DNA of 64,000 nucleotides, taken from an uncultured Mycoplasmatota bacterium (GTDB taxonomy: Bacteria; Bacillota_I; Bacilli_A; RF39; UBA660). This document shows positions 55,250 through 63,878 of this stretch, piece by piece. A program made the position numbers and the translations under genes. Under the pieces are notes generated by a model that was not told the DNA's origin, did not search any database, and saw nothing but the letters and a program-made list of their open reading frames with translations. The stretch lies in the NCBI GenBank assembly GCA_947652325.1, contig CANTCQ010000001.1:134725-198724 (forward strand). Direction: 5' to 3'. The number at the start of each line of letters is the position of its first letter. The first letter of the stretch is position 1.

Positions 55250-55903
55250 ATGACTACGAGTGATATCATTCAGGCAAATGCCGGTTTAATATATAAAATT
55301 ATGAATCAGTATTTTTATGGAGTAGAGCGAGAAGATTTATTTCAAGCAGGTGCAGTAGGAGTAATAGAGGCTTATAAAAATTATAAAAAAAATGGCAATA
55401 CTAAATTTTCGACTTATGCTTTTTCTTTTATTTTTGGTGAAATGTATAAACTTGCTTCTCAAAAACAAATTAAAATAAGTAGAGATTATTTGAAATTATA
55501 CAAAAGTATTGAACAAGTAAGATATGCTTTAGCTCAAAAATGGGGATATATTCCTTCAAATGAAGAGTTAGCTTCTTATTTAGAAAAAGATATTCAGGAA
55601 ATTGAACAAGCTATTCTTGCTGCAACGGTTACGATAAGCAGTTTGGATAAAGCAAAAGAAAGTGACCGAAGTATTTATGAAACTGTTCCAATAGAAGAGT
55701 CTATGTCTTTAGATGATAAAATTGCGATTACTCAAGGATTAGAACAACTTTCTGAAGAAGAAAGAATGATTTTAATTTATCGTTATTATGAAGATTTAAC
55801 ACAAAGTGAAGTGGCTCGGAAACTTAATAAAACGCAAGTTATGATTTCTAGGTATGAGAAAAAAGGACTTGATAAAATGCGTGCCTTTTATGCACAAAAT
55901 TAA
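55250..55903 (+). CDS. group-3 sigma-70 family sigma factor (SigF/SigG-like)
   Basis: Region 2 'DLFQAGAVGVIEAYKNYK...KFSTYAFSFIFGEM'. Region 4.2 'LTQSEVARKLNKTQVMISRYEKKGLDKMR'. AAGGAGA RBS. Confidence 0.85.
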   Translation: MTTSDIIQANAGLIYKIMNQYFYGVEREDLFQAGAVGVIEAYKNYKKNGNTKFSTYAFSFIFGEMYKLASQKQIKISRDYLKLYKSIEQVRYALAQKWGYIPSNEELASYLEKDIQEIEQAILAATVTISSLDKAKESDRSIYETVPIEESMSLDDKIAITQGLEQLSEEERMILIYRYYEDLTQSEVARKLNKTQVMISRYEKKGLDKMRAFYAQN

Positions 55904-55928
55904 GAAGAAAAAATTTTCTTCTTTTTTT
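55902..55928 (+). terminator. intrinsic terminator after the sigma gene
   Basis: AAGAAGAAAA/TTTTCTTCTT stem followed by TTTT. Confidence 0.55.
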
Positions 55929-56034
55929 AGTTATATGAAAAATGAATTGTTTTGGTCATTTTTTTTATTAGTTTTTTTACCTATCTATTAAAACTTATGG
56001 TACAATAAAAATAATAGAAATAGTGGTGGTGCAT

Positions 56035-57747
56035 ATGTCTAGAACTACTTTTATTTTAATAGGAATCACTTATTATATTATAACCATTATTGTTATAGTA
56101 GTTGTATTAAATTTCATGAGTAAAAAAGAAAGTAAAAAATATGCAACTGAAATAAAGAACTTAGAGCGAGATAAAAATTTAATTATTTCTGCAAGTATTT
56201 TGTCGGAGTTAAATAAAGTAGAACCATTAATTAATAATTCAGATTCAAAAGAAGTTTTTGAAGAATGGCAACGGCGATTTAAAGAAATTAAAGATGTAGA
56301 AGTTCCTAAAATAACAGATGCTCTTTTAGAAATAGAAGAGTTATTTGCAGAAAGAAAATATAAAGAATTAAAACGAAAAATTTCTGAGATAGAATTAGAT
56401 ATTTGCTTTGTTAAAACCAAATCGAATTTTTTATTAGAAGAAATACGTGGTATTACTTTAAGCGAAGAAAGAAATAGAGATACTATAACAAAATTAAAAG
56501 CAAATTACAGAGAAATATTAGCAAAATACAATAATAGCAAAGAAGAATATGCTTTAATTGCTTCTCCAATAGAGTTACAATTTGAAAACGTAGACAAATT
56601 GTTTAGTGCTTTTGAAAATGCTATGGAAAAAAATGCTTATCAAGAAGTAGGTAAAATAGTAAAAGCTATTGATGATATAGTTGGAAATTTAAAGATTGTT
56701 ACAGAAGAAGCGCCCAGTATTATTTTAATGGGAAAAAAATTAGTTCCCAACAAAATCAATGCGATTTTAAAATCAAAAGAAAAAATGGAAAAAGACGGTT
56801 TTAATTTAGAGTATTTGAATTTAGAATACAATATTGCTGAGGCTAATAAAAAAATAGCAGATATATTTCAAAGATTAAATGTTTTGAATTTAGAAGACTC
56901 TATTTTTGAATTAAAGACTATATTGGATTATTTTGAATCTACAGATAATGATTTTGATAAAGAACGAATTGCAAGGAAGATATTTGATGAGTATTCGCGT
57001 TCTATTCTGATTAAAGTAACAAAACTAAATAAAATAAATAATGATTTATATAAAAAAATGGATGATATTAAATATAGCTATGATTTAACAAATGAAGATG
57101 TTTTCGTGATTGAAGAAATTCATAATGAATTAAAAGAAATTCGTGAAAAATACGATGCAATTATAGAAGTACATCGGAGTAAAAAGTCTTATTTTACCAA
57201 ACTTGGTAAAGACATGGAAAATTTAAATGTGAAACTTACAAAAACGGAAGAAAAATTAGAAAGAGCTTTAAGAACGATTGGTAGTTTAAAAGAAGATGAG
57301 TTAAGAGCAAGAGAACAACTTGATGAAATAAAAGATATTTTAATGAAATCAAAAAAACAAATCAGAGATTATAAATTACCTGTTATTCCAGAAAATTATT
57401 TTGTGGAGCTATCAGAAGCAACGGAAGCCATTGATGAAATTATAAAAGAATTAGAACACACACCCATTTCGATTAAAATTTTAAATACTCGTGTTGATAC
57501 AGCAAGAGATTTAGTGTTTAAAGTCTTTAATACGGCAAAAGAAATTATAAAAACTGCCAAAATGGCCGAAACAGCAATTGTGTATGGAAATCGTTATCGT
57601 GTAAATAAAGAAGTGGATATGGGGTTAACGAAAGCTGAAATTTCTTTTTATAAAGGGAATTTTAAAAATGCATTGGAAAATGCAATTATAGCGATTAACA
57701 TTGTGGAACCAGGAATTCATAAACGTTTAATAGAAGAATATCAATAG
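56035..57747 (+). CDS. ezrA: septation ring formation regulator EzrA
   Basis: Single N-terminal TM helix, ~560 aa of coiled coil, and a C-terminal 'YGNRYR' patch typical of EzrA. Confidence 0.85.
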   Translation: MSRTTFILIGITYYIITIIVIVVVLNFMSKKESKKYATEIKNLERDKNLIISASILSELNKVEPLINNSDSKEVFEEWQRRFKEIKDVEVPKITDALLEIEELFAERKYKELKRKISEIELDICFVKTKSNFLLEEIRGITLSEERNRDTITKLKANYREILAKYNNSKEEYALIASPIELQFENVDKLFSAFENAMEKNAYQEVGKIVKAIDDIVGNLKIVTEEAPSIILMGKKLVPNKINAILKSKEKMEKDGFNLEYLNLEYNIAEANKKIADIFQRLNVLNLEDSIFELKTILDYFESTDNDFDKERIARKIFDEYSRSILIKVTKLNKINNDLYKKMDDIKYSYDLTNEDVFVIEEIHNELKEIREKYDAIIEVHRSKKSYFTKLGKDMENLNVKLTKTEEKLERALRTIGSLKEDELRAREQLDEIKDILMKSKKQIRDYKLPVIPENYFVELSEATEAIDEIIKELEHTPISIKILNTRVDTARDLVFKVFNTAKEIIKTAKMAETAIVYGNRYRVNKEVDMGLTKAEISFYKGNFKNALENAIIAINIVEPGIHKRLIEEYQ

Positions 57748-57756
57748 GGGCAAAAT

Positions 57757-58245
57757 ATGATTTTAAAAATAGGAGATTTTGAAATATATGGATATGATAC
57801 AAGTGATAAAGACCAAAGACATTTAAGATATGTTTTAGAAAATGATGTCAATTTTCGAAAATACGTAACCAAACAATTAGAAAAAAGATTAAGAGCAATT
57901 GAAATAAATGATAGGGAAAGTTTACAATTTAATTCTTCTTATTTGGTTAAATATAAAGAAGAATTTGTAGGATATATTCGTTTAGGGAATGTAAAATGGG
58001 ATGGAACATTGGATATAGAGTAGGCAGTATCTCCTGAATTTCGAAATCAAAAATTAGGAAGGAGAATAGTATCTTCTTTAAGTAACTATATTTTTGAAAA
58101 TTTCGAAGAAGTAAAAAAATTAAGAGGAGTTATTGATAAAAGCAATTATGCAAGTAAAAAAATGGCAAGTTCTATTGGTTTTATAGAAGAAAAGGTAGAT
58201 AGTGAATACGATTATGATTATATATACGTAACAAAAACAAGATAA
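57757..58245 (+). pseudogene. GNAT-family N-acetyltransferase interrupted by an in-frame TAG
   Basis: The frame reads '...GTLDIE-TAG(58021-58023)-AVSPEFRNQKLGRRIV...SNYASKKMASSIGF', ending TAA at 58243-58245. The acetyl-CoA motif A lies downstream of the stop. Confidence 0.7.
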
Positions 58246-58304
58246 GGCTATAAAAGTAGTAAATAATTAACTATAATAGAAAACAAAGAAAGTGAAGTGG
58301 TAGT

Positions 58305-59438
58305 ATGATTTATTTGGATTATAGTGCAACGACTCCAATCTCATTTGATGTATTAGATTCTTATAATAAAGTGAGTAAAGAGTTTATAGGAAATCCCAAT
58401 TCTTTACACAGTTTAGGGAGTAAAGCAAAAGATTTAATTTCAAATGCAACTAAACAAATTAGTGAACTTTTAAATGTATTAGAGCAAGAGATTATTTATA
58501 CAAGTGGTGCAACTGAATCTAATAATATGGCATTAATAGGGGTAGCAAAAGCATACAAACGGTATGGGAATCATATTATTGTTTCTAAATTAGAACATCC
58601 TTCCATATATAAAATTTGTGAATACTTAGAAAGTGTAGGCTTTAAAATTAGTTATGTAGATTGTGACCAAGAAGGTTTAATAGACTTTGAAGACTTAAAG
58701 CGAAAAGTAAAACCAGAAACCATTTTAGTGAGTATTTGTGCTGTGAATAGTGAAATGGGGATACGGCAACCTCTTAAAATGATTCGTCAAATTATAAAAA
58801 AAGAGAATAATAATATTATTTTTCACAGTGATATGACTCAAGGGTTAGGAAAAATTCCATTAAATGTACATGATACTGATTTAGCAAGTTTTTCTATTCA
58901 TAAAGTGTATGGACCAAAGGGAATAGGATTGTTATACAAAAGTAGTAAAATAAAATTAGAACCTATTATATATGGAAGTAGTAAAGAAAACGATATTAGG
59001 CCAGGAACGCCAGCTGTTGCTCTTATTGCAGCTGCTTCTAAAGCTATTCGCTTAAATATTCATGATTTAGACCGCAAAGAAACTTTTATTCGTAAATTAA
59101 ATGAAAAAATTGTAAAAGAACTTGCTCATTTTGAGGGAGTAAAAATTAATCAAACGAAGTATTCTATTCCTCATATTTTAAATATGAGTTTACCACATAT
59201 CAAACCGGAAACTTTTTTGCATGCTATGGAAGAATATGAAATTTATTTAGGAACCAATACAGCTTGTTCTAGTGGTGAAATATCAAACAGTATAATGGCT
59301 GTTTATAAAGACAAAGAAAGAGCAGCAACTAGTATTCGTATTAGTTTATCTTATTTAACAACAATAGATGAAATTAATCGTTTTTTAAACTGTTTTGAAC
59401 TTATATACAAACGATTAAGTGCTCTTACTTATGAATAA
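58305..59438 (+). CDS. cysteine desulfurase (class V aminotransferase, NifS/NifZ-like)
   Basis: 'IYLDYSATTP', 'IYTSGATESNN', 'SIHKVYGPKGIG' (PLP-Lys), 'ACSSG' (catalytic Cys). Adjacent to thiI. Confidence 0.9.
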   Translation: MIYLDYSATTPISFDVLDSYNKVSKEFIGNPNSLHSLGSKAKDLISNATKQISELLNVLEQEIIYTSGATESNNMALIGVAKAYKRYGNHIIVSKLEHPSIYKICEYLESVGFKISYVDCDQEGLIDFEDLKRKVKPETILVSICAVNSEMGIRQPLKMIRQIIKKENNNIIFHSDMTQGLGKIPLNVHDTDLASFSIHKVYGPKGIGLLYKSSKIKLEPIIYGSSKENDIRPGTPAVALIAAASKAIRLNIHDLDRKETFIRKLNEKIVKELAHFEGVKINQTKYSIPHILNMSLPHIKPETFLHAMEEYEIYLGTNTACSSGEISNSIMAVYKDKERAATSIRISLSYLTTIDEINRFLNCFELIYKRLSALTYE

Positions 59439-59496
59439 TGCTTGTTATAAATATTCCTAAAAGAATTTTAAAATGTAGCTATGAAAAGGTGAAAAA

Positions 59497-60687
59497 ATGG
59501 AAAAATTAATTATAATAAAATATGGAGAATTAACCACTAAAAAAGAAAATATTAATTTATTTATCAATACTTTAAATAAAAATATTAAGGAGAAATTAAA
59601 AGAATTTTCGGTAAAAATAGAGTATGATAAAGGAAGAATGTTTATTCGAGTCTTAGACAACGCATTTGCGAATGTTATTGAAACATTAAAAGAAGTTTTC
59701 GGTATTCATGAAATTATCATTGGATATGAAATTAATACGTTAGATTTAGAAGAAATTAAAAAAAATATACAATTCTTAGTAAAAGAAAAAAAATTTACTA
59801 CTTTTAAAATCGAAACTAAAAGAAGTAATAAAAAAATAAAAAAAACAAGCATTGAAATTAGTAGTGAAATCGGTGCTTTTTTATTAAAAGAAAATCAAAA
59901 TATTAAGGTAGATATTCATAATCCAGAAATAAAAATACATTTGGAACTTAGAAACAAAGAAAGTTATATTTATTTTGAAACAATAAAAGGCTTAGGTGGA
60001 TATCCAGTAGGTACGCTTGGAAAAGGAATTTTAATGCTTAGTGGAGGTATTGATTCTCCTGTTGCAGGTTTTTTATCTATTAAAAGAGGAGTAAAAGTAG
60101 AAGGTATTTATTTCGAAAGTCCTCCACATACAAGTATTGAAGCAAAGAAAAAAGTGGAAGAATTAGCCCGTATTTTAAGTAAATATAATGGAGAAACAAA
60201 GTTGCATATCATAAACTTTACAGCAATTCAAGAAGCCATTTATAAAAATATTCCGCATGAATATTTAATTACTATAATGCGCAGAATGATGTATCGTATT
60301 TCTTCTATTATTGCCTCTAGAAGCAATGCCAAAATTTTGGTGAATGGGGAGTCTATCGGTCAAGTAGCCAGTCAGACACTTACTAGTATGAAAGCAATTA
60401 ATGAGGTTGTAAAGTTACCAGTTATAAGACCAGTTGCTTGTTTTGATAAATTAGAAATTATAGATTTCGCTAAAAAAATAGGAACTTATGGTACGAGTAT
60501 TTTACCATTTGAGGATTGTTGTACAATATTTGTTCCAGAACATCCTGTTATTAATCCTGATTCAAAAGTTTGTGAAAATTATGAAACATTGATTCCTTAT
60601 CAAGAATTAATATATAAAGCTATTAAAAATCATGAAATCATAAAAATTAGTGAACAAGAAAAAAATGATTATGAGGATATTCTCTAA
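59497..60687 (+). CDS. thiI: tRNA 4-thiouridine synthase ThiI
   Basis: 'IIKYGELTTKKEN', THUMP domain, 'MLSGGIDSPVA' PP-loop. Confidence 0.95.
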   Translation: MEKLIIIKYGELTTKKENINLFINTLNKNIKEKLKEFSVKIEYDKGRMFIRVLDNAFANVIETLKEVFGIHEIIIGYEINTLDLEEIKKNIQFLVKEKKFTTFKIETKRSNKKIKKTSIEISSEIGAFLLKENQNIKVDIHNPEIKIHLELRNKESYIYFETIKGLGGYPVGTLGKGILMLSGGIDSPVAGFLSIKRGVKVEGIYFESPPHTSIEAKKKVEELARILSKYNGETKLHIINFTAIQEAIYKNIPHEYLITIMRRMMYRISSIIASRSNAKILVNGESIGQVASQTLTSMKAINEVVKLPVIRPVACFDKLEIIDFAKKIGTYGTSILPFEDCCTIFVPEHPVINPDSKVCENYETLIPYQELIYKAIKNHEIIKISEQEKNDYEDIL

Positions 60688-60833
60688 TCATTTTTTTTAA
60701 AGCTGGCACAATTGGTTCCTTTTTTATCGTTAGAAACCAAAATTTTACCTAAAGTACAATAATTTTCTTTATTATGAAATTTACATGTTTTAACTGTACA
60801 AGCTATGCATTGATTAAAATAGATTTCGTCCAT
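60684..60833 (-). CDS. DUF1540-like small Cys-rich protein (49 aa)
   Basis: The reverse strand encodes 'MDEIYFNQCIACTVKTCKFHNKENYCTLGKILVSNDKKGTNCASFKKND' (C-x2-C...C...C...C pattern). AGGTGA RBS. The 3' end overlaps the thiI stop by 4 nt. Below the ORF-track cutoff. Confidence 0.6.
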   Translation of the reverse strand: MDEIYFNQCIACTVKTCKFHNKENYCTLGKILVSNDKKGTNCASFKKND

Positions 60834-60848
60834 ATTATCACCTATTTT

Positions 60849-60884
60849 TAGTATGAATAAGTTTTGAATGTTTTATACATACTA
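60849..60884. promoter_or_regulatory. overlapping divergent forespore (sigmaG/sigmaF-type) promoters
   Basis: The minus strand reads GTATA-N18-CATACTA (-35 at 60874-78, -10 at 60849-55). The plus strand reads GAATA-N18-CATACTA (-35 at 60855-59, -10 at 60878-84). Both fit GHATR-N18-CATXHTA. Confidence 0.5.
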
Positions 60885-60900
60885 GTAATAGGTGAAGAAT

Positions 60901-61101
60901 ATGAGAAAGCATATTGATTATTTTTATAAATGTTATGATAAAAAAGATACTAATGAAATGGAAAGAATTGTAAATGAACGTTTTAATGAATATGGATACA
61001 ATTTTGATAGCAATAGCAAAAAAAATATTGATTATGATGCTTTAGCAAGTAAAACAAATTACACGAATTGTAAGAAAAAAATAAGTGAAAATAAAGAATA
61101 G
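60901..61101 (+). CDS. small hypothetical protein (66 aa)
   Basis: AGGTGA RBS before ATG 60901; the ORF track opens at GTG 60892. Hydrophilic, with no recognisable motif. Confidence 0.5.
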   Translation: MRKHIDYFYKCYDKKDTNEMERIVNERFNEYGYNFDSNSKKNIDYDALASKTNYTNCKKKISENKE

Positions 61102-61415
61102 TTAAAAAACAAAAGTGATAAATAATTTTTTGTTTTTAAGTAAAAAAAACAAGAAGTTTTTAGGATAATGAGATAATAACAAGGAAGAATAACTTCTCAA
61201 ATAGAGAGAGTCTAGAGGCAAAAGGACTATATTCCTAAAATGTAAAAAATAACTAATAATAGTAATGTATTCAAGCTTTTGTTCATAAGAACTTTTTTAA
61301 TAAGATTTTGTTTTTTAGTAGTGCATTTCCCACATTTATTATAATTAAAAATTAAAATTTTTTTACAAAATATGAGTTTAAATTTTGGATTATTTCATCT
61401 TATGAAAATAAAAAC

Positions 61416-61444
61416 TTGACAAAATATCTATTTTGGTGTAAAAT
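61416..61444 (+). promoter_or_regulatory. sigmaA-type promoter with extended -10
   Basis: TTGACA-N17-TAAAAT, with TG immediately upstream of the -10. Confidence 0.6.
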
Positions 61445-61477
61445 TATAGACATTATTTAAACAAAGGGGGAAAAATA

Positions 61478-61669
61478 ATGTTAAATAATGAAGAAACTAT
61501 AAAAAAACAAGAGGATACAAGTGTTGAAACTAAAATACAAGTGAAAAGTGTTACATCAGAAAGAGAAAAATTGGAAGAACAACTATTATACTTATGTTCA
61601 TGTAAATGTCCATTTTGTGAATCTTTCGACATTGCTAAATTTAATGAAGAACGATCATTAAAAAGATAA
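61478..61669 (+). CDS. small protein (63 aa) with C-terminal Cys cluster
   Basis: AAGGGGG RBS. 'LLYLCSCKCPFCESFD' follows an acidic/Lys-rich N-terminal half. It has its own promoter and terminator. Confidence 0.6.
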   Translation: MLNNEETIKKQEDTSVETKIQVKSVTSEREKLEEQLLYLCSCKCPFCESFDIAKFNEERSLKR

Positions 61670-61698
61670 ACGCTATTTTTTAAACTTTCACACAAATT

Positions 61699-61722
61699 AG
61701 TCGCAGAAATGCGATTTTTTTT
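61699..61722 (+). terminator. intrinsic terminator
   Basis: Stem (AG)TCGCA/TGCGA(TT) with loop GAAA, followed by a T-run. Confidence 0.65.
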
Positions 61723-62013
61723 GTTTTGGTTTCTGATATACCTTTGGGGAGGGAGTAAAGAAAGACCTAGGCAAAATAGAAAGATTTAGTAAAAACAAAG
61801 AATAAAAAAATAGTAGTGAGTTCCTTAATAGGAAATCATTTATTACAAAGTTTAATTGTTTTTTTTGAACTAATAAAGGTTTAGAATTATTTGTACTTAT
61901 GCTTAATTTCAGTTTTTTTCGTTTTTCCTGTTCTTGATAAGTCGTTTTTTACTTTTTCAAAAATATTTTAACATAGAAAAAATAAGGTGTAATTTAGTTG
62001 TACGTTATTTTTC

Positions 62014-62043
62014 GTATAAAAATTTCTGTTTTTCTTCATACTA
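62014..62043 (+). promoter_or_regulatory. sigmaG-type promoter of the spoVA operon
   Basis: GTATA-N18-CATACTA, ending 18 nt before the spoVAC ATG with GGAGG in between. Same hexamers as at 60849-60878. Confidence 0.5.
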
Positions 62044-62060
62044 AAAGTGGAGGTTTCTTT

Positions 62061-62498
62061 ATGGATAAAGAGGAATATAAAAAGTTAGTTGATAAACTAA
62101 CACCAAAAGAAAATAAGAAAAAAAATGCATTAGTTGCTTTTTTAGTAGGAGGACTTGTTGGAGTTTTGGCAGAAATAGTAGTAGTTATTTTTGTTCATTT
62201 TTTTTCCGTATCGCGAACAGATGCTTGTTTGTGGACATGTTTGCTTGTTATTTTTATAGCTAGTTTATTTACTGCTTTGGGATTTTTTGATAACTGGGTT
62301 ACAAAAGCCAAGGCTGGTCTTATTTTACCAACAACTGGATTTGCTCATTCTGTTACAAGTGCAGCTTTGGATTATAAAAGAGATGGGTTTATTACGGGAA
62401 TCGGCGCTAATGTGTTTAAACTTGCAGGTAGCGTTATTTTATATGGAATAATAAGTGCATTTTTCTTCGCTATTTTAGGGGTGATTATTTATGGCTAG
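62061..62498 (+). CDS. spoVAC: stage V sporulation protein AC
   Basis: 'AFLVGGLVG', four TM helices, 'GFAHSVTSAALDYKRDGFITGIGANVFKLAG'. GGAGG RBS before ATG 62061. Confidence 0.9.
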   Translation: MDKEEYKKLVDKLTPKENKKKNALVAFLVGGLVGVLAEIVVVIFVHFFSVSRTDACLWTCLLVIFIASLFTALGFFDNWVTKAKAGLILPTTGFAHSVTSAALDYKRDGFITGIGANVFKLAGSVILYGIISAFFFAILGVIIYG

Positions 62499-63465
62499 TT
62501 TAAAGTTTAATAATGTATATATTAAAGATTCTTTTACAGTAGCTGGTCCTTTAGAAAGTGAAGGACAAATTGGAAAATTTGATATTATGATGGAAGATTA
62601 TTATTATAAAGAAAAAACATTTATTGATGCTGAAATACGCATGCAAAAAGTAGTTATTGATAATTTATTATATCGTAATAAAGCAGCAGGCACGATTGAT
62701 TTGCTTTTAGGAGGAGACTTATCGAATCAACTTACAATAACGAATTTTAGTGCCAAACATTTTGCTATTCCTTTTTTAGGAGTATACAGTGCATGTGCTA
62801 GTTTTGCTGAGAGTTTAATTATAGCTTCTGAATTTATAGAAAGTGGAAATATAAAAAATGCGATTGCAATTACGAGTAGTCATAATTTAAATGCAGAAAG
62901 ACAATTTCGTTTTCCAATTGAATATGGAGCACCAAGAGCCAAAACGACAACATTTACAGCAACAGGAGCAGTTGGCACTTTGCTTACACAGGAAAAAAAC
63001 AAAATAAAAGTAGAGTCTGCTACCCTTGGAAATGTTTTAGATTATGACCAAAAGGATGCTACTCATATGGGAGCTGTTATGACACCTGCTGCTGTGGAAG
63101 TTTTAATGAAACATTTAGAAGATTTAAAACGAGACGTTTCTTATTATGATGTTATCTTAACGGGAGATTTAGGAAAAATTGGTACAAAAATTTTTAGAGA
63201 ATTCTTAAATCAAAATTATGGAATCAAAATAAAAAATCATATGGATGCAGGATGCGAAATTTTTTTGCCAAGCCAAGAAGTTTATTCCGGCTCTAGTGGG
63301 CCTGTAACGTTACCTTTAGTCTTGTTTAACAAAGTACTTAAAAATACTAAATTTAAAAAAATATTATTTATTGCTACTGGTTCTTTGCATTCTAAAGATA
63401 CAACAAATCAAAAAAAGTCTATACCAAGCATTGCACATGCGGTTAGTTTGGAGGTATTATCATGA
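62491..63465 (+). CDS. spoVAD: stage V sporulation protein AD
   Basis: Thiolase-like fold ('GGDLSNQ', 'VYSACASFAESL', 'ATGSLHS'). Positioned between spoVAC and spoVAE. Confidence 0.9.
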   Translation: MASLKFNNVYIKDSFTVAGPLESEGQIGKFDIMMEDYYYKEKTFIDAEIRMQKVVIDNLLYRNKAAGTIDLLLGGDLSNQLTITNFSAKHFAIPFLGVYSACASFAESLIIASEFIESGNIKNAIAITSSHNLNAERQFRFPIEYGAPRAKTTTFTATGAVGTLLTQEKNKIKVESATLGNVLDYDQKDATHMGAVMTPAAVEVLMKHLEDLKRDVSYYDVILTGDLGKIGTKIFREFLNQNYGIKIKNHMDAGCEIFLPSQEVYSGSSGPVTLPLVLFNKVLKNTKFKKILFIATGSLHSKDTTNQKKSIPSIAHAVSLEVLS

Positions 63466-63812
63466 ATTATTTAGCTGCCTTTTTATTTGCAGGAATCGCT
63501 TGTTTTTTAGCGCAACTTTTACTTGATAATACCAAATTAACTCCTGGACATGTCACTAGCATTTTTACCGTTTTAGGAGCATTCTTTGGATTTCTTGGAC
63601 TTTATGATAAATTTATTGCTTTTGCTGGGGGCGGAGCTTCCACTATTATTTCCAATTTTGGATATGTCTTATATAAGGGAGCCTATTTAGGATATCAAGA
63701 ACAAGGAATACTTGGTTTATTTACAGGGCTTTTAAAAAATGGTTCTTGTGCTATTGTTGGAGCCGTATTATTTTCTTTTATCTTAGTATTGCTATTTAAA
63801 CCAAAAGACTAA
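63462..63812 (+). CDS. spoVAE: stage V sporulation protein AE (AEb)
   Basis: 116-aa polytopic membrane protein. 'TPGHVTSIFTVLGAFFG' and 'GGGASTIISNFGY'. Confidence 0.85.
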   Translation: MNYLAAFLFAGIACFLAQLLLDNTKLTPGHVTSIFTVLGAFFGFLGLYDKFIAFAGGGASTIISNFGYVLYKGAYLGYQEQGILGLFTGLLKNGSCAIVGAVLFSFILVLLFKPKD

Positions 63813-63827
63813 AAGTCTTTTTTTTAT
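63804..63827 (+). terminator. intrinsic terminator after spoVAE
   Basis: Stem AAAGAC/GTCTTT overlapping the stop codon, followed by a run of seven T. Confidence 0.6.
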
Positions 63828-63878
63828 CTTTATTTTTTGTTATAATGAAGCTGGTAAGAATGAAGGGATTTGTATTTT

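Noticed and set aside
58021-58023. TAG in the GNAT gene as pyrrolysine or recoding
   Set aside because: TAG clearly terminates other genes here (alr at 8085-8087, asnB at 11263-11265). No pyl genes are visible, and a Tyr-to-amber point mutation is the simpler explanation.
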